A DNA stretch of 64,000 bases from Thalia democratica (lineage: Eukaryota): assembly GCA_965202585.1 (NCBI GenBank), contig CBDBBG010000245.1, forward strand, positions 1 to 64,000. The letters run 5' to 3'. How positions within the stretch are numbered: position 1 is the stretch's first letter; every line of letters begins with the position of its first letter. The notes under the pieces were generated by a model. The model saw only the letters and a program-made list of their open reading frames with translations, did not search any database and had not been told where the DNA came from. Positions 37,691 through 51,618 of this stretch are shown piece by piece. Made by a program: the position numbers and the translations under genes.

Positions 37691-40600
37691 CAGGGGTCGG
37701 CAAACTGCGGCCCGCGGGCCAATTGCGGCCCGCGAAGGGTAAATCTGCGGCCCGCGAGCATGTTATTTTTTTGAATGGAATGCGGCCCGCGAAAGAAAAT
37801 TTTGTGGCCCGCGAGCATGTAAATGTGGCCCGCTGATCAAAAATTTATTTTAAGTTAAATTTTTTTCGGTAATTCGACTTATTTTGATTAGTTTGGTTTT
37901 AAGTCTCTCTATAACATATTAAAATAATTTCAAGTAATTACTACTTTAGTTTGAAAATGTGAAAAAGACAGATTAGCGTTCTAATAGGATATGTTTCTCA
38001 GTTTCATAATTACTTCTTTTTTACAACAGTAACTAATTATCTGAAAAAAGAGTGTCAAGAGTGCTTGGATTTAATAAGTTGGTTATATAATACCTATTTA
38101 TTAAATAAACTTAATGCAAATATTTTCCATTTTGTACAAAAGTAATGCACAATAATTAACTAAAGTGTCATTTCTTTATAGCTTATATATTTCCTTTTCA
38201 ATGTTTTTAATACCTCAGTTTCTTTTATAATTTTTTTATTTGTAAATGTTATGTTTTAGTGTGAATACATTTAAAATAACATAGTAGTAAGAAATAAGGT
38301 TCATTTGATTTTTGTTTTGACACATTTTAATTTTTTATAAGTTTTCTATGCACACCAACTTAAAAAATGCTCATATTTTAAACCACTTTTTATTAAATAC
38401 TTTAGTTAGTTTAAGTTCAGTTTATGCATACTTTTCTAAGATTGTTATTTATACATGTCATATCTAAATTTTTACAGACACATTTAAAACAATATATATA
38501 ACATAAGTTAATATAGTTTTTGTTAGGTATACATTCCATTTTTCAAACATTGTTTTTATCACGCTTAGTTAATTTTTATGCCTTGCATATCAATACACAC
38601 AATTGCTGTTTTTTCGAGCTACCTATTTAATATAAATTATATATAGGGATGGTAAATTTATAAAGTTTCTACATTGTTAATCAAAATAGTTCAAATTCAA
38701 GCAAATAAACAACTAAACATTGCCACACACTCAGACTATAACTATTTGAAGACTTCAAATCTCTGGCCAACTAAGCAATTTTTTAAGTTTTTGGCTAGAA
38801 TTGCTTTTTGTATACAAAAATATCAGGAATGTTTTTGTTGACTCAGGCTGGCTTTTTTGCTTGAAAGAGTGGAAAATTAAACTTTTAATGTATGTTTTGC
38901 TCAATGCACAGTGTTAGTGTGAGTTTTAATATATGTTAAACTTTAAGTCTTGCAGCTGATATAATTCAAAATATTATTTATATTATTGTGTACATTAAAG
39001 AATGAACAATCATTGTTGCCAAAAAAGTTGAATCCCGGAAAAGCTTTGAATTTGTGAATTTACGGTTAAAAATTCTAGAAAAAAACTTGAATTTGAAAAT
39101 TTTTTGAAAAAACCACAATTTTTACATTTAAAGTAATGAAATTTCGATTTGACTCAAAAAAATTACCAAATAAATGTTTTTTAATTTAAAAATATATTAT
39201 AGTAGCTAAACAGTATTTTTTAATATTGATAAATGTTTTAAGACATTTTTTAAAACTTTAATTAAACTTTATACTAAAAAAAAGAAGGAATTGTACTTCA
39301 AAAAACTCCGTAATGGTACATTGCACCTTTACTTGAAAAGTTTCACCGATTGTTGTGCTTCGCGTTGGAACTAAACCAAGAAATTCTACTAAAATGTCAA
39401 AGTTAGTAAAAACATCTCTTATAAAAATTCTCAGATGAGCAATAGTTTTTCTATCAGTGCTCTCATGTTAACAGTTTGATTAAAGTCCTAATTTGATTTA
39501 TGCGACTTTATAACCTTATTGCATTTCCTAAACACGACTTCATTTTGTCATTGAAGAAATAAACAAAAGTTTTTCATTACCGCCAACATCAATTCTTTAT
39601 AAAAGTTTTCAATTATAAACGATAACTTTTTTTAGGTAATAAATTTTGCTACTTTATTACTTGCCTTAACAATTTTTTCTGATTATTCTGTAGTTACTGA
39701 AGATAATAATGTGCTTTGTCGGAAATGACTTTGGTGATTTTTTTATTGTTTCTCGCAATAACTCCTAACTAACGCTTTTTTTATTCTTGTAGCTCGTCTA
39801 TTATTTTACAATTAATGTTTTTGAATGCAATATTCTTATTGCAAATAAAGAATTGCTATCATGCTTAATAAAAAAAAAATTCTACTTCGCTAATGACTCA
39901 ATAAAATTTTATACTTTTGTTAAACTCGTTTAAGAAACTCAATTGTCCATTCCAGCTGACTTATATATTTTTGGCATGTAATTTATTTACTGTTAATAAC
40001 CTTTTTTGTTTCTTTATGTTGTGAACTTTATATTAACTGGATTGCTACACAAACGGGCTATTTCAAAAGCTTGAAAACTCAGGTGTGTGTGGAGCTTTAA
40101 TTTCAAACACTTTAAAGAAATCTTCCAATTCTCAGATTAGTTTTTATGACTGTTGTGTAGTTTACTAATTAATTTTTTTTTCTTGTTTTCCTACACTTTG
40201 TTTACTTTTTGATAATGATGATATTTCAACTAGGTATTTAAGCTTTATTAACAACTATTTATTAGCTTTTTCAAATTTTATTAAATTTAAGCTGGTTTGA
40301 TACATCTCAGACATTTTTGCTTTTTAGTGGCAACCATGTAAAAGTCTAATTACTAATAAAATATTTTATTAAAGTATGAATTAATTATGTTATATCATTT
40401 GTTTTAGCTTTCTGGAATACAAACAGGTATTAATTTTATTATGTTAACTAATTACTAAATTTCTTAATGAGTGTAAACTATTTAACTCGCAAAAACTTTT
40501 TTCAAAGTAAATATTCTTAGAAATATGAAAAAGTGTTGATGATATAACAAATGTATAAAAGTAACCCATAAATTGTCTTTCAAGTTAGGTTTTTATAGAA

Positions 40601-40934
40601 AGTTAGGTTGTAAGTAAAATTAAAAAAGTATTAAGTTTAACATAATAAGTGCTTATGAAAGTACATATTTTATTAACAACATTAGTACATATTTATTAAA
40701 GTATATTAGTCAATGTAAATCATAATCTAATGAATATTAATTTGAATAGGCATTCTATGTATAGCTAAAAGTCATTTTAAATAATAAGGTGAATAAAAGT
40801 AAAACTTTTCTCTAGTGTGACTAAAACTAAAACCATAAGATTATTAAAATGTCACTAAAACTAAAACTGCGGCCCGCGAAGACTTTGGAAACTTGAAATT
40901 TGGCCCACGACCACGAACTGCCTGCCGACCCCTG
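37691..40934 (-). mobile_element. Charlie/SPIN-type hAT element, defective (3244 bp)
   Basis: TIR CAGGGGTCGGCA/TGCCGACCCCTG; perfect TSD TTCTAATC; GGCCCGCG subterminal repeats. Decayed minus-strand transposase at ~39290-39960 (LICNKNIA..IVKASNKVA..KELMLAV..ESTDRKTIAHL.IFIR..EFLGLVP..TT.GE). Confidence 0.95.
39011..39280 (-). mobile_element. Degenerate CAGGGTTGC-family MITE nested in the Charlie element
   Basis: Begins cattgttgccaaaaaag and is reverse-complement similar to 44820-45110. Confidence 0.5.
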
Positions 40935-40994
40935 TTCTAATCCCTACTTCATACGTAAGAGTGTAAAACAAAAAAGATAGTAATAGTTTAACTA

Positions 40995-41070
40995 CAGTAA
41001 CCTCTCGCATCTTTACGCACTCGTAACGTTACGCACTCTCGTTTAGTTACGCATTTTAGAATTCTAAAAA
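40995..41070 (+). mobile_element. Lone left end of a Tc1/pogo-like element
   Basis: TA|CAGTAACCTCTCG start with three TTACGCA subterminal repeats; no right end found. Confidence 0.35.
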
Positions 41071-43239
41071 ATTCTAAAAATAAAAGTTTCAATTTTTATA
41101 AATATTGCACAAGTTTGGTTTATTTTATATTTATAATTTAAAAATTTTATATATTTTTTGCATGAAATTTTAAATAATGTATAATACTTGTAATGAAGTT
41201 ATTTGAACTTGTTTAAAGTCAGTCAAAACAACATTTTACTTTAATGCAACTAATGCAGCAATTTGTTTGCAATGTAATAAGCGAAGCTTTTTTTTTCAGA
41301 TCAAAAATTTGCAGTTTTTTCATAAAGTATATAATTTAAACACCTTAAAGTAAAAAAATTGTTATATTTAGTTAAAAATAAAGTAATAACTTTACTTTTT
41401 CACAACAAATTTGTTAAAATTTAATCTAAAAATTTGTAACAGGTTTTAGACCTTACCAAACCTAGGCTTAGGTAGAACTATATTTCGTAATAGTCTTATA
41501 GAAAGATTTCACTATGTATTTTTTATCATAACTGTTTTATATTGTTTATAGTACTTACACATTTTTTTGATTACATAAACGTTTATTTTTTTCTTATTTA
41601 CATTAATGTAGTTAAAAATGGTAATTAAAATTCCATTTTAAAATGATTAGAAAAGCAAAATCCAAAATTATAATTAAAATTTTCCAAAAATAAAAACTTA
41701 TGTTAAACAATTAAAATCATACCTGGGTGTTTACTTGAATTAAAGGAATTATACTTGTAACCACATTCTAGTGGTTTTTAAATTGTTGGTTCTACCAATG
41801 GTTGAGCTTTTTAATTCTCCAAAAAATTCATATTTGATACAAGAAAATTAAACCTACATTTGCTGTTTTGTAGCCAGTTACGTCACGAGAAGACTAAATT
41901 GATGATGCTAACTGTTTAATTAACTCTGAATGGAAACATAAATACTTACATGTCTAAAACTTATACTGTTTATGAAATTATTTTTGCTTATAGAAATTAA
42001 AGTTCTATATAGTTTCTCACTCTTAAGATCATAAAACGACTTAATTAACTTTTAAGTTTTTATTTTTATTGTTGTTACTGTTTAATAAATATTTCTGCTA
42101 CACACTTATTTTATAACTTTTTTGAACTAATCTGTTTAAGGGATAGTATTATTTATTTTTTCAAATTCAATAGTAACAAGTCAAAAACTAACGTGTTATA
42201 AGATAAAATAAAATTTTGGGAAATTTTGAAAAATAAATATGATTAGTTCACTTTTTTTTTTAATTCCTGCATTCAATACTACTTAAATATAAAGTTCGTA
42301 AAATACTAACCAGTTAAATTATTTTTTTATTAGTCTTGTAATACTTATTTTATATTTTAGAATATTTAAAACGTTAAGATTAGTATTTTACGAGCTAAAA
42401 ATTGATGTTTTTACTCTTCTAGTTTAAATAAAATTTAATATACTTTAATGAAATTAAAAACTAATATACTTTTTTTTTTGATTAAGTTTAGTTCCAAATA
42501 AAAAAGTTTTAAAGAATGTTTCTGAATTTTAAGAACACGAAATAACTACAGTAAATTTTAAATTTTTGTTTTATAAATTTAATTTTATGCAGAAATTTAA
42601 TCACACTAGTTTAGTATCTTTTTATTTAAACAAATTGTTAAAAGGATAAAAATAACTGTTGGCGAAAGGTTTAACTTTTATCAAAAAAAAAAACAAAAAT
42701 CAGTTTAAGTTAATCAAAACTTCTAGAAATAATTTTAAAAGAAATTTTGTGAAAACTAAAATTTTTATACCAAATTTATTTAAGATACTAAAGTGACGTC
42801 AGTACAGTTGCAACAACTTTGTCGCAATCATAGTAATTTTGTAATTTTGCGATCTAATATGCCAAATTAAAAAAAGTTATATTTACTTCATTTTATGAAG
42901 TTTTTTAACAAAATATTTATTACGACTTTTATTTTGTCTTTTCCCGTAGTACTGCTTGCTTTTTTTTTTTCTTTTTATTGTGTTACACATAAAAACAAAT
43001 AAAATATTGAGTGATAAAATTTACTAATATGAATTGTGTCTATTAGTCATGGTTTTTCTATCTTTTTATGTTAATTAAATTTTCTTTTTGTACTTAAATT
43101 TAACGTGTTATAAATTTTATAAAATAATTTTACTTTAAAGTTAACTAAAATTATATTATAAGATTAGTGAAAATAAAAATTCTAAATAGCTAAATTCCTT
43201 TTTCTAACAGTTGAAATTTATATGGTTTTTGTAAAAAAA

Positions 43240-43339
43240 NNNNNNNNNNNNNNNNNNNNNNNNNNNNNNNNNNNNNNNNNNNNNNNNNNNNNNNNNNNNN
43301 NNNNNNNNNNNNNNNNNNNNNNNNNNNNNNNNNNNNNNN
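43240..43339. other. Assembly gap (100 N)
   Basis: Run of exactly 100 N. Confidence 1.
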
Positions 43340-43414
43340 AGACTTATATACAAAACCACGACTTTTGCATAAAAGAAGAGTCGGTGTTTTAATGCGACTA
43401 CAGTTGAATAACAA

Positions 43415-43667
43415 CAGGGATTCCAAACTAGGAAAAGTAGCCCCCTTGATGAACAATACATAAATTTAAGGGACCATGAGCAGCAACGGGGAGCTATGAG
43501 GCCATAATTTGGAACTAATATTATATCTAAATATTCTGGAGTTTATGATGAACAGCAAGAAAAAAATATGTCTTAAGCTTTTGTATTGAAAAATTTTGTT
43601 GGAAGGGTCCATAGCTTTTTTATTTTTTATTATAGGAGCCCTTTATTAAAAAGTTTGGGAATCCCTG
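43415..43667 (+). mobile_element. Charlie-type hAT MITE
   Basis: TIR CAGGGATTCCAAACT / AGTTTGGGAATCCCTG; the interior resembles 53072-53443; TSD not preserved. Confidence 0.75.
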
Positions 43668-43900
43668 CTTTAGAGAATGCTTAAAAGTGGAATGTAATAA
43701 CGTATAAAATAAACGGTTGTTTATGGAAAGTACCAAGTTTTACTAAAGTGCTTCTTGAGTAACTATAGCCAATAAAACATAGAATTTAACTATTTAGTGG
43801 ATTTTTTTAAATATCTTATTTATTTCAAAACTAAGTTTATTTTTATTCAAATTTACACATATTACATCAATCCTCAGAATTATTAAGGTCTTGAAAATTA

Positions 43901-44291
43901 GAACGGGTCAAAATTGCACGAAGACTAATTTGCAAGAGGGGACAAAATTGCACGAAGATAATTTAGCACCAAGAGTCAATTTTGCACGAGAGACAGTAAA
44001 AAAATTAAAAGATAAGTTAATAAAATACAAAAATAAAGTTACTGACTGAGAGTAAGAATGATAGTAATAGTAAAAAAAATATTAGAAAATATTTAAGTTA
44101 TCGACCGAGGGTAAGGGGTAACAGTGATTGTAAAAACAAACTTAATAAAAAAAAAAATAAAACTACCAAAACAATTATTAAAAAAAAATCAACCCGTGCA
44201 AAAATGTCTTCGTGCAATTTTATCCTGTCGTGCAAAAGAGTCTTCGTGCATTTGTGAAATTTTATACGCTTGTGCAAATTTGACAGCTACC
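43901..44291 (+). mobile_element. Unclassified MITE with TGCAC-rich long inverted ends
   Basis: GAACGGGTCAAAATTGCACG.. start and ..GTGCAAATTTGACAGCTACC end, TA on both flanks; relatives at 51619-52235 and 57368-58210. Confidence 0.75.
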
Positions 44292-44795
44292 TATTCACTT
44301 ATGTACTTGAAAATGATTTCAATATAAACTAGTATTCATCCAAACTTTAATATTCAACTGAAAGCTGTTAACGTGTCACACAAAACACTTATCATGCAAA
44401 AATATAAGCTACCAGTTTAAATATATTATACATAATTAGCTTTACTAAACTTATTTTTTGAAAAAACTTTTATGTGTATGAAATCTTAATGAAACAGTTT
44501 AGCAGTGAATTTTTAAGAAAAAATCCAATATTTAGTATGATTATTATATTTTGAAGTTGTATAAAGCCAAACTTTAAATTAAGTTTAACAGCAGATTTAA
44601 TAGCAGTAAACCCGGAATAAAACTAATTTTTTTATATGAGTCCAAGATTAGTTTTTATTAAGTACGAAAAACTGGCATTATAGGACAACTTGTACAGATT
44701 ATTGCTTTTTAATTGTAATTTAAATGTTTTAGTTTTTAAAAATGGGGTATATGACCTTATTATAAATGGAACAAATTTAACAAAACTACTAAAAT

Positions 44796-45110
44796 CAGGG
44801 TTGCTAAAGGTTTCTTGAATTTTTTTCCAGGTTTTCTATCTTTCTTCAAGGTTTTTGTCAACTTTTAGTATAAACTTAAGTTAAAAAAAAAACTTTCTTA
44901 AAAAGTGTAAAAATATTTAAAAAATACTGTAAAGCAACTTTAATTACGTTTTTGAATAAATTTAATGATTTTTTTTCTATGATATATTTTTTGCAACTAA
45001 TCTAAAATTCATTATTTTACATGTGAAAGTTCTTTAAATTTCCAGGTCTTAAAAAACTTGAAATATCAAATTTAAGCTTTTCCAGGATTCAAGGTTTTTT
45101 GGAAACCCTG
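44796..45110 (+). mobile_element. CAGGGTTGC-family MITE
   Basis: CAGGGTTGCT..GGAAACCCTG ends; TTCCAGGTT subterminal motifs. Confidence 0.75.
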
Positions 45111-46899
45111 TACAATATTTGGCTTGAAATTATTAAAGTTTTCAACAGTTTATGCCACTTCTCTAGAAATAAAATGTTAGTCTAAGAATTTACTTAAAAT
45201 TCATATAACTTTCAGTAAAAAGTTTACTAGCTTCTTTTTAATACTTTTCTACTTATTTATCTTTATTTTGCTCTTTTTCTATGTAAAAACGTAACACCTA
45301 TAAACTTCAATTTAAAATATTGTAAAACAATTACAGTAAGCACTAAACTTTATCTATTATGTAACTAACAAGTACTTAATACAAAAATTAATAATAAATC
45401 AATTTTTCAATCTTTCATCAGAAACAAAGACCACAGAAAAATATTTTGTGTTACATTGCAAAAATTTTTACTTTCAATAAATAAAATATATCTAAGTTTT
45501 GCACTACTTTAGTAATTTCTTCTACTGATATGAAAAATTGCAGCTGCTTAGTTAGAAATTGTTCTTTAAAAATTGAACTAAATATTTTTTCATCAGCAAA
45601 AGTTTCAATTATTTTAATTTTTAACTCACAACGATTAATTAAAAATTTTGCTTTGTCAGCACAATGAAATTAATACAGGTAAATATTTACAAAAGTATTT
45701 TTTTGTAATAATACTTTGAAAAACAGAGAGCTTTATAAAGTGAAACGTTGACTAAAATAATTAAATACAAAATACTTAAGACCAAAAAAAACTTTTTAGA
45801 AAATTGGCTACTTATAAAATACTTAATTAATAATTTAAACTAAAAATGAGCAAATAGTAAAAATTTTATGATCTTTAAAACAGGATGAAATAAATTATTG
45901 ACATTTTCTTTGCTGAGTTAGATCTTCCTCGTCAAGATTGAGACCTTCTATATAAAGAATGTATTAAATTTTATTATACTTTTTAAAAACTTAAATATCA
46001 AATAAAAATTAGACAACAAATCTTAGTGACAACGATTGACATAGATCTTTGGCTAAACGGAGCTATTATCAAAATAAAGAAAAATAAAAAAATTTGTGTA
46101 AATAATTTTTTTTTAACAAAAATCCTTTATTAAAAAACTTATATACCTATATTTCAGTACCTTGAACACAACTGTTAACGATTTCAATTAATTTCGAAAA
46201 TAGAAACAATGTTTACTTTTAGAACAAAAAATTATTTTACTTTTTAAATAACACTTGCAATAGTTATGATAATCTCTAGAGTTATAAATAAATCAAAATT
46301 TTATTTATCCTGTTTATTTGAATTTAACAACGTAAATAATGATTAATACTATAAAAAAGTATGATACTTAAACGTGTAACTTATTAAAAACTCCAAAATT
46401 TATAAAAACTACAATTAGCAAAAACAATTTTTAAGATGGTTTCAGATGGCTTAGAATTTAAATATTATACTTCTTAAAGTTTATAGCCTAATCAACAATA
46501 TACTAATAAGTAATGTCTATAGTCTAATCATTTTAAATTTAACTGTCTGTAAAACACCTATAAGTTTTAAGCTCTTGTTTAATACTTAATACTGTTTTTC
46601 TTAAATCTAAAATGATCATTTAGTGGAGAATAAGTTATAACAAAACAGTGTTTTTAGAGTTATGATAGTTTACTGTTTGTAAATACTGAGTCATAGATAG
46701 GATATTTAAGGTAACGTAAAAAAAGACTGGATTAAATAATAAAAATTAGGATTAAAAGTTTATAATAAGAATTATAGAATAACAGAGTTTCGAGGTAAAA
46801 ACTACTACCATTCTATAAATGACATTCTGAAATAATTACAGTTCTTAAAACTTACAAAAAAATTGAGTACTATATACAGAGTACTATATATTGAGTACT

Positions 46900-47259
46900 A
46901 CAAACATTTTTGGCAAATTTTCTCCAGGTTTTCAAAATTTCCTCCAGGTTTTTAAAAGTACAGATTTTTAAGTCTATTTTTAGTTCAAAGTTAAGTTTAA
47001 GGTAAGAAATTGTGTTAAATAGTATAAAATCATTGAAAAGATATTGTAAAGCTTCTTTAAATGTGTTTTTTAACAAAAAAAAATTGAGGATGACAAATAT
47101 AAATTATCTATATGATAGATTTTTTGTGTCAAATCGAAATTTAATACTTAACATGTTAAAGTTGTTAAAAATTCCAGTTTTTTTTCAAAATTTCTCAAAT
47201 TCCAGGTTTTTTAGCCTAAATTGTCAAACTTCAGGTTTCGAGGTTTTTTGGCAACCCTG
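46900..47259 (+). mobile_element. CAGGGTTGC-family MITE, left end lost
   Basis: Ends GGCAACCCTG; the body is closely similar to 56560-56895, which explains the look-alike ORFs at 47012 and 56662. Confidence 0.75.
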
Positions 47260-47868
47260 TATATATTCAAAAGAATTTAAATAATGTTTGTTAATCCACA
47301 ATGTTTCACTGTAAAAAAAAATCACTAGGATGTAAAAAAACACAAACTTTATAAAGTAATTTAGATTTGATTAAGTTTTAGTCAAAGGTTTAAATCTATA
47401 AAGCCAGTAGTTAAATTAGTAGTTATTTCAAAATTAACATTAGGTGATTTAGATTAAAAATTAAGGTAAGTAATTTATTCAATTGTGTTAAAACCTAAAA
47501 ATAAGGTAAGGGTTTTGTAAAGAGCGGAACTCGAGCAAAATTTACTATCCCTGCTAACTTTACACTTATCCTTATTAGAAAAGCAAAGAGTAGCTTTTAA
47601 ATTTACAGTATATCTTACGAATATCAGTAGAAAAACAAAATCAAGTTTAGTACTTGAAAAAAAAACTATGGGTATTATTTAAAAAACACTATAAATACTT
47701 CTTATTCTAAATTGTCAGTTAACAATGACAGATAGAATTTGAAAAGACCGACAAAAAAATATACACTGCCTTATTTTAAGTCTTATTTGAAAGAACTTAA
47801 ATTAGTTTACATATTATAAAAATTGCCAGTGTTTTAAAGTTTTTTTTTATTAAACTGCGTACATTTTA

Positions 47869-48172
47869 CAGGGTTGCTTAAAGTTTTTTTTTCAGGCCTT
47901 TTAAATAACTAGATTTTTGGTCCATTTTTAGTAAAAAATTAAATTTAAGGTAAAAAAAATGTCTTAATTAGTACAACAAAATTAAAAAGATGCTATAAGG
48001 TACTTAAAATGTACTTTTTAATTTATTTTTTTAGTAACAAAAAAAAATTTATATACTAGATTTTTTATCCTATTAAAATTTTATTACTTTACGTTTAAAA
48101 ATTCTAGGTTTTTTAAAGATTTTTATTTGAAACTTCAGGTTTTTTCAGGATTCAGGTTTTTTGGCAACCCTG
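47869..48172 (+). mobile_element. CAGGGTTGC-family MITE
   Basis: CAGGGTTGCTT..TTGGCAACCCTG ends. Confidence 0.75.
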
Positions 48173-48564
48173 TGAATAGTAAAGTATAGCTTACTTGACA
48201 CCAATAAGGTGTTAAACATGTTAAACCCTTAAAAAAGTTTAATAAAATGCGAAATAAATAAAAAATAACTCGTTCTGTGCAATCTTGTTACAAACTATTG
48301 GAGAAATTTTAAATTCTTTAGAAAAAATTTAAATGAAAATATTGTAAGACCAGTTATAGCCGCTAAATACTTATTTAAAGACTTTACTTGTTTTTAAACA
48401 GTGTATACGAAAGAGACACTCAGTGCAGTAAACCAAACATATTTCACGCTATTCTCGTCATTGAATACATAACAATCAATAAAAGATATATTTGAATTTA
48501 TATAACAACAGTAGTAGTCATATAAAAGCTACAAGAAGGCTCTTATATAAAAGTTTTAAGCACA

Positions 48565-49171
48565 AACTACAAGCCAGTTTTTATCGAGTTATTAAAAAAA
48601 TAACTTTTAAGATAATGTAACTTTTGTAAAAATTTTACAATACAAACGTATGGACCGCAAATTTTTTGGGGTCAATTTTCTCATAAATTTAAAAAAATAC
48701 TAAAAATCTATCTTCTCCTTCATTTTTTGAGTTAGAGGCCTCAAACTTTCAAGAAAAGTTCCTTTTATAATTTATAAGTCTTTGAGTTTTACGATTTGAA
48801 AAATAATAAAAAATAAAAATATTAAATACTAAATTTAATAACAGATGATTTTTTTTAAACTTTTTTTCAAGAATTAAAAAATTCTTGCAAATTGATATTT
48901 TTTAAGTTTAATAATGGACTTTCTGTGAAAATTTGAAAAAGATTGGTTGAAAAATGAAGGAGAAGATAGATTTTTAATGAAACAGTCTTTTTTCGCGTTT
49001 TTGGTTTGCGCTTTAGATTAGGAACCTATGGAGGAACCAACTTTAATCGTTTATATCTCAAAAATTTCTTTGGAAGTTTTTAAGCAGTTAAAAATTTCTG
49101 ATAGCTCAGATAAAACTCTCTAAAATAAGATCAACTTATAAAAATCAAGGTGGACTCCCCACCCTATGCCC
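48565..49171 (+). mobile_element. TTAA-ended non-autonomous element (Kolobok-like), left end lost
   Basis: Ends TATGCCC|TTAA; shares sequence with 23480-23794; a related end TTAA|GGGCATA starts at 50289. Confidence 0.5.
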
Positions 49172-51618
49172 TTAATTATTTGTAGACTTGGATTACTATT
49201 TTTCTATTAAATGTCCTAAAATTATTTCTAAACATTTACACAAGGTTTGCCACTTTTTGAAGTAAACAAGCTAGACTAAGTAAGTATGAGTTTTTTTAAA
49301 TACCATAAAGCATTTTGTGTTTCTCGCACACGTTAACTTACCCTTGTAATTTTATATTGTTATGTTGTATTTAATAATAATAAAATTTATAACTGTTAAC
49401 AAGTGCTTACATTTTGTATATTTACCAAATACTATGAAACATGCTTTTTTTAATGTGTAAAACTACTGTGTTAAAAACATTAAAGACTAATAAAGGTGTA
49501 TTAGGAAAATTTAGGATTAATTAACAATTTGCTTCATTTTTATTTTATATGACAGTACTCAGTCTTCAAAAAAAAATATTTTACCTATTCATTTAAGAGA
49601 CATTAAATTTTACGCATATAACTTACATAAAAAACAGCTTAGACTAAATTAGATCAAATTACAAAACAAAATTTTCAAATCTAAACTAACTTATAAATTT
49701 CAATTTAAACACTAAACGAAAAACTTTATTTGTTATTTTAAAGTAGTGATAGCCTCTTGATTAGCAAAAACTTAATTTAATTACGGAAATCAAAACAATA
49801 ATGTCAAAAATACTAATGGTAACACATAATTTGAACATAAAAAGAAAATTATTTGTACTAAAATTTTAATTGACTTATTACTAAACTGAGTTTAATAAAC
49901 TTTATGTCTTTATCTTTTTAATTTGTATTACAAAACACTTGCTTGAGTTTATCAATATATACAGACATACATTTTATTCTATCAAAATTTTAATATGTAA
50001 ACAAATGATTCTCCTATACAAGTAGAGATCTATACTTATTGTTTTTTAAAACACTAAAAAGTATAATATTAATAGTACACAGCAGATATTTTAAATTAAA
50101 TACAGATTATTGACTTCAATTATTCTTATTTTTAGCTTTATGTATAAACTAAGTAACAGCTTCACATAAATCACTTCATAAAAACTCAATACAAAGAACT
50201 GGTGAACAAAAAAGATTGTATAGACAAATCCTACAACTGCTAAAAAAGCAAACATGTCCCCTGCTGCAGAGAATAAAATGTAATTTAAGGGCATATGGAG
50301 GTAACAACTTTTTTAACAACTTTATCTTATTTTGTAATTTTTCAACATCACAGATTTTTTTTCACAGATTCTAAAAACTAAAAGTTATATTTGAGACATA
50401 GTACGCTAAAGTCAGAGAGTACACAAGGTTCCCTATGGGTGAAGAAAACTAAAACCAAGAATAAATTGGAATCACTAAAAATATTTTTTTGTTTTATGTT
50501 TCTATGTTTTTTTAAATAAACGCCTCAAATTTCAGGAAATATTTCTTACAATATTAAGGAAAATCTTTAGCGACAAAATTTAAAATTATTAATCATAAAA
50601 GTTTTTTATTAAAAACCAAGAAAAAATCTTTATTTTATTTTTATTAATTTTTTTAATAACTTTTAAACTTTGTTAATAGTAAAATAATATATAATGTTAC
50701 AAATACATCAAGCAATTAAGTTATGTCATAAAAACTTGAAATAGTATGTTTTTATTTTTTAGTTTTTTATTTTAAAGATAGCTGTAAAATTTTAGATGGT
50801 TTAATAAGTTAAGTTTTAAAACAGTATCAACTTACAGGAACTTTTAAAGTAATTATATGCGTTCTTGCACTACTTGGAGATTACCACTTTGCAATTTCTC
50901 GTTTCTGCTGTCATAGCATTGTGTCTTCTGCGCACCAAGTCTGTCTGCAACCATTCAACTGGTACTTGAGACTTGCAAGAATATATTCAGTTGCTTCACT
51001 GTTTTAAAATTTCAAAGTGAAACACTTGTTAACTAATATACATGTGTATTAAAAATATTTAGATTTAGTTACACATAGAGTCTAAAACTATTTTTGTTAG
51101 AACTGTTTATTTTTCTATTAACATTAGAAACTTTATTGTTTTACTAATACAATCTTGTTTAGAATACAGCAAAATAAAAATTAACAAAAGTTTTTATAAA
51201 TATAAATGATTAACTGTAGTACTTTAATTAAAGTGTTTGTTTTTATTACATTTTAATTTTATATCTATAAACACTACTACATGCGTCTGCATACTACTAT
51301 TATACACATGTGTCTCAAAACCTTTTTATAAAGTATTTTTTTCTGTTTTTGTAAAATTTATTCAAAGTTGCTTTTCTATTATTACTACCTGTTAAATTTT
51401 CAAATAAAGTATTATTTCAAAAAACTCTAAATTAAAAGAATATACCATATCAAACAAGAAGAAGTGCTTTTCCGGCTATCAACATTGATTTATCAAAAGA
51501 ACAACTTAAAAATACCTTATTGAAAGGTTTTGAAATGTTTATACATTAAAAACAAAACAAGTAACTATACTTACTTAATGATTAATACAAACTAAAATAA
51601 TATTAACTTTTTAATTCA

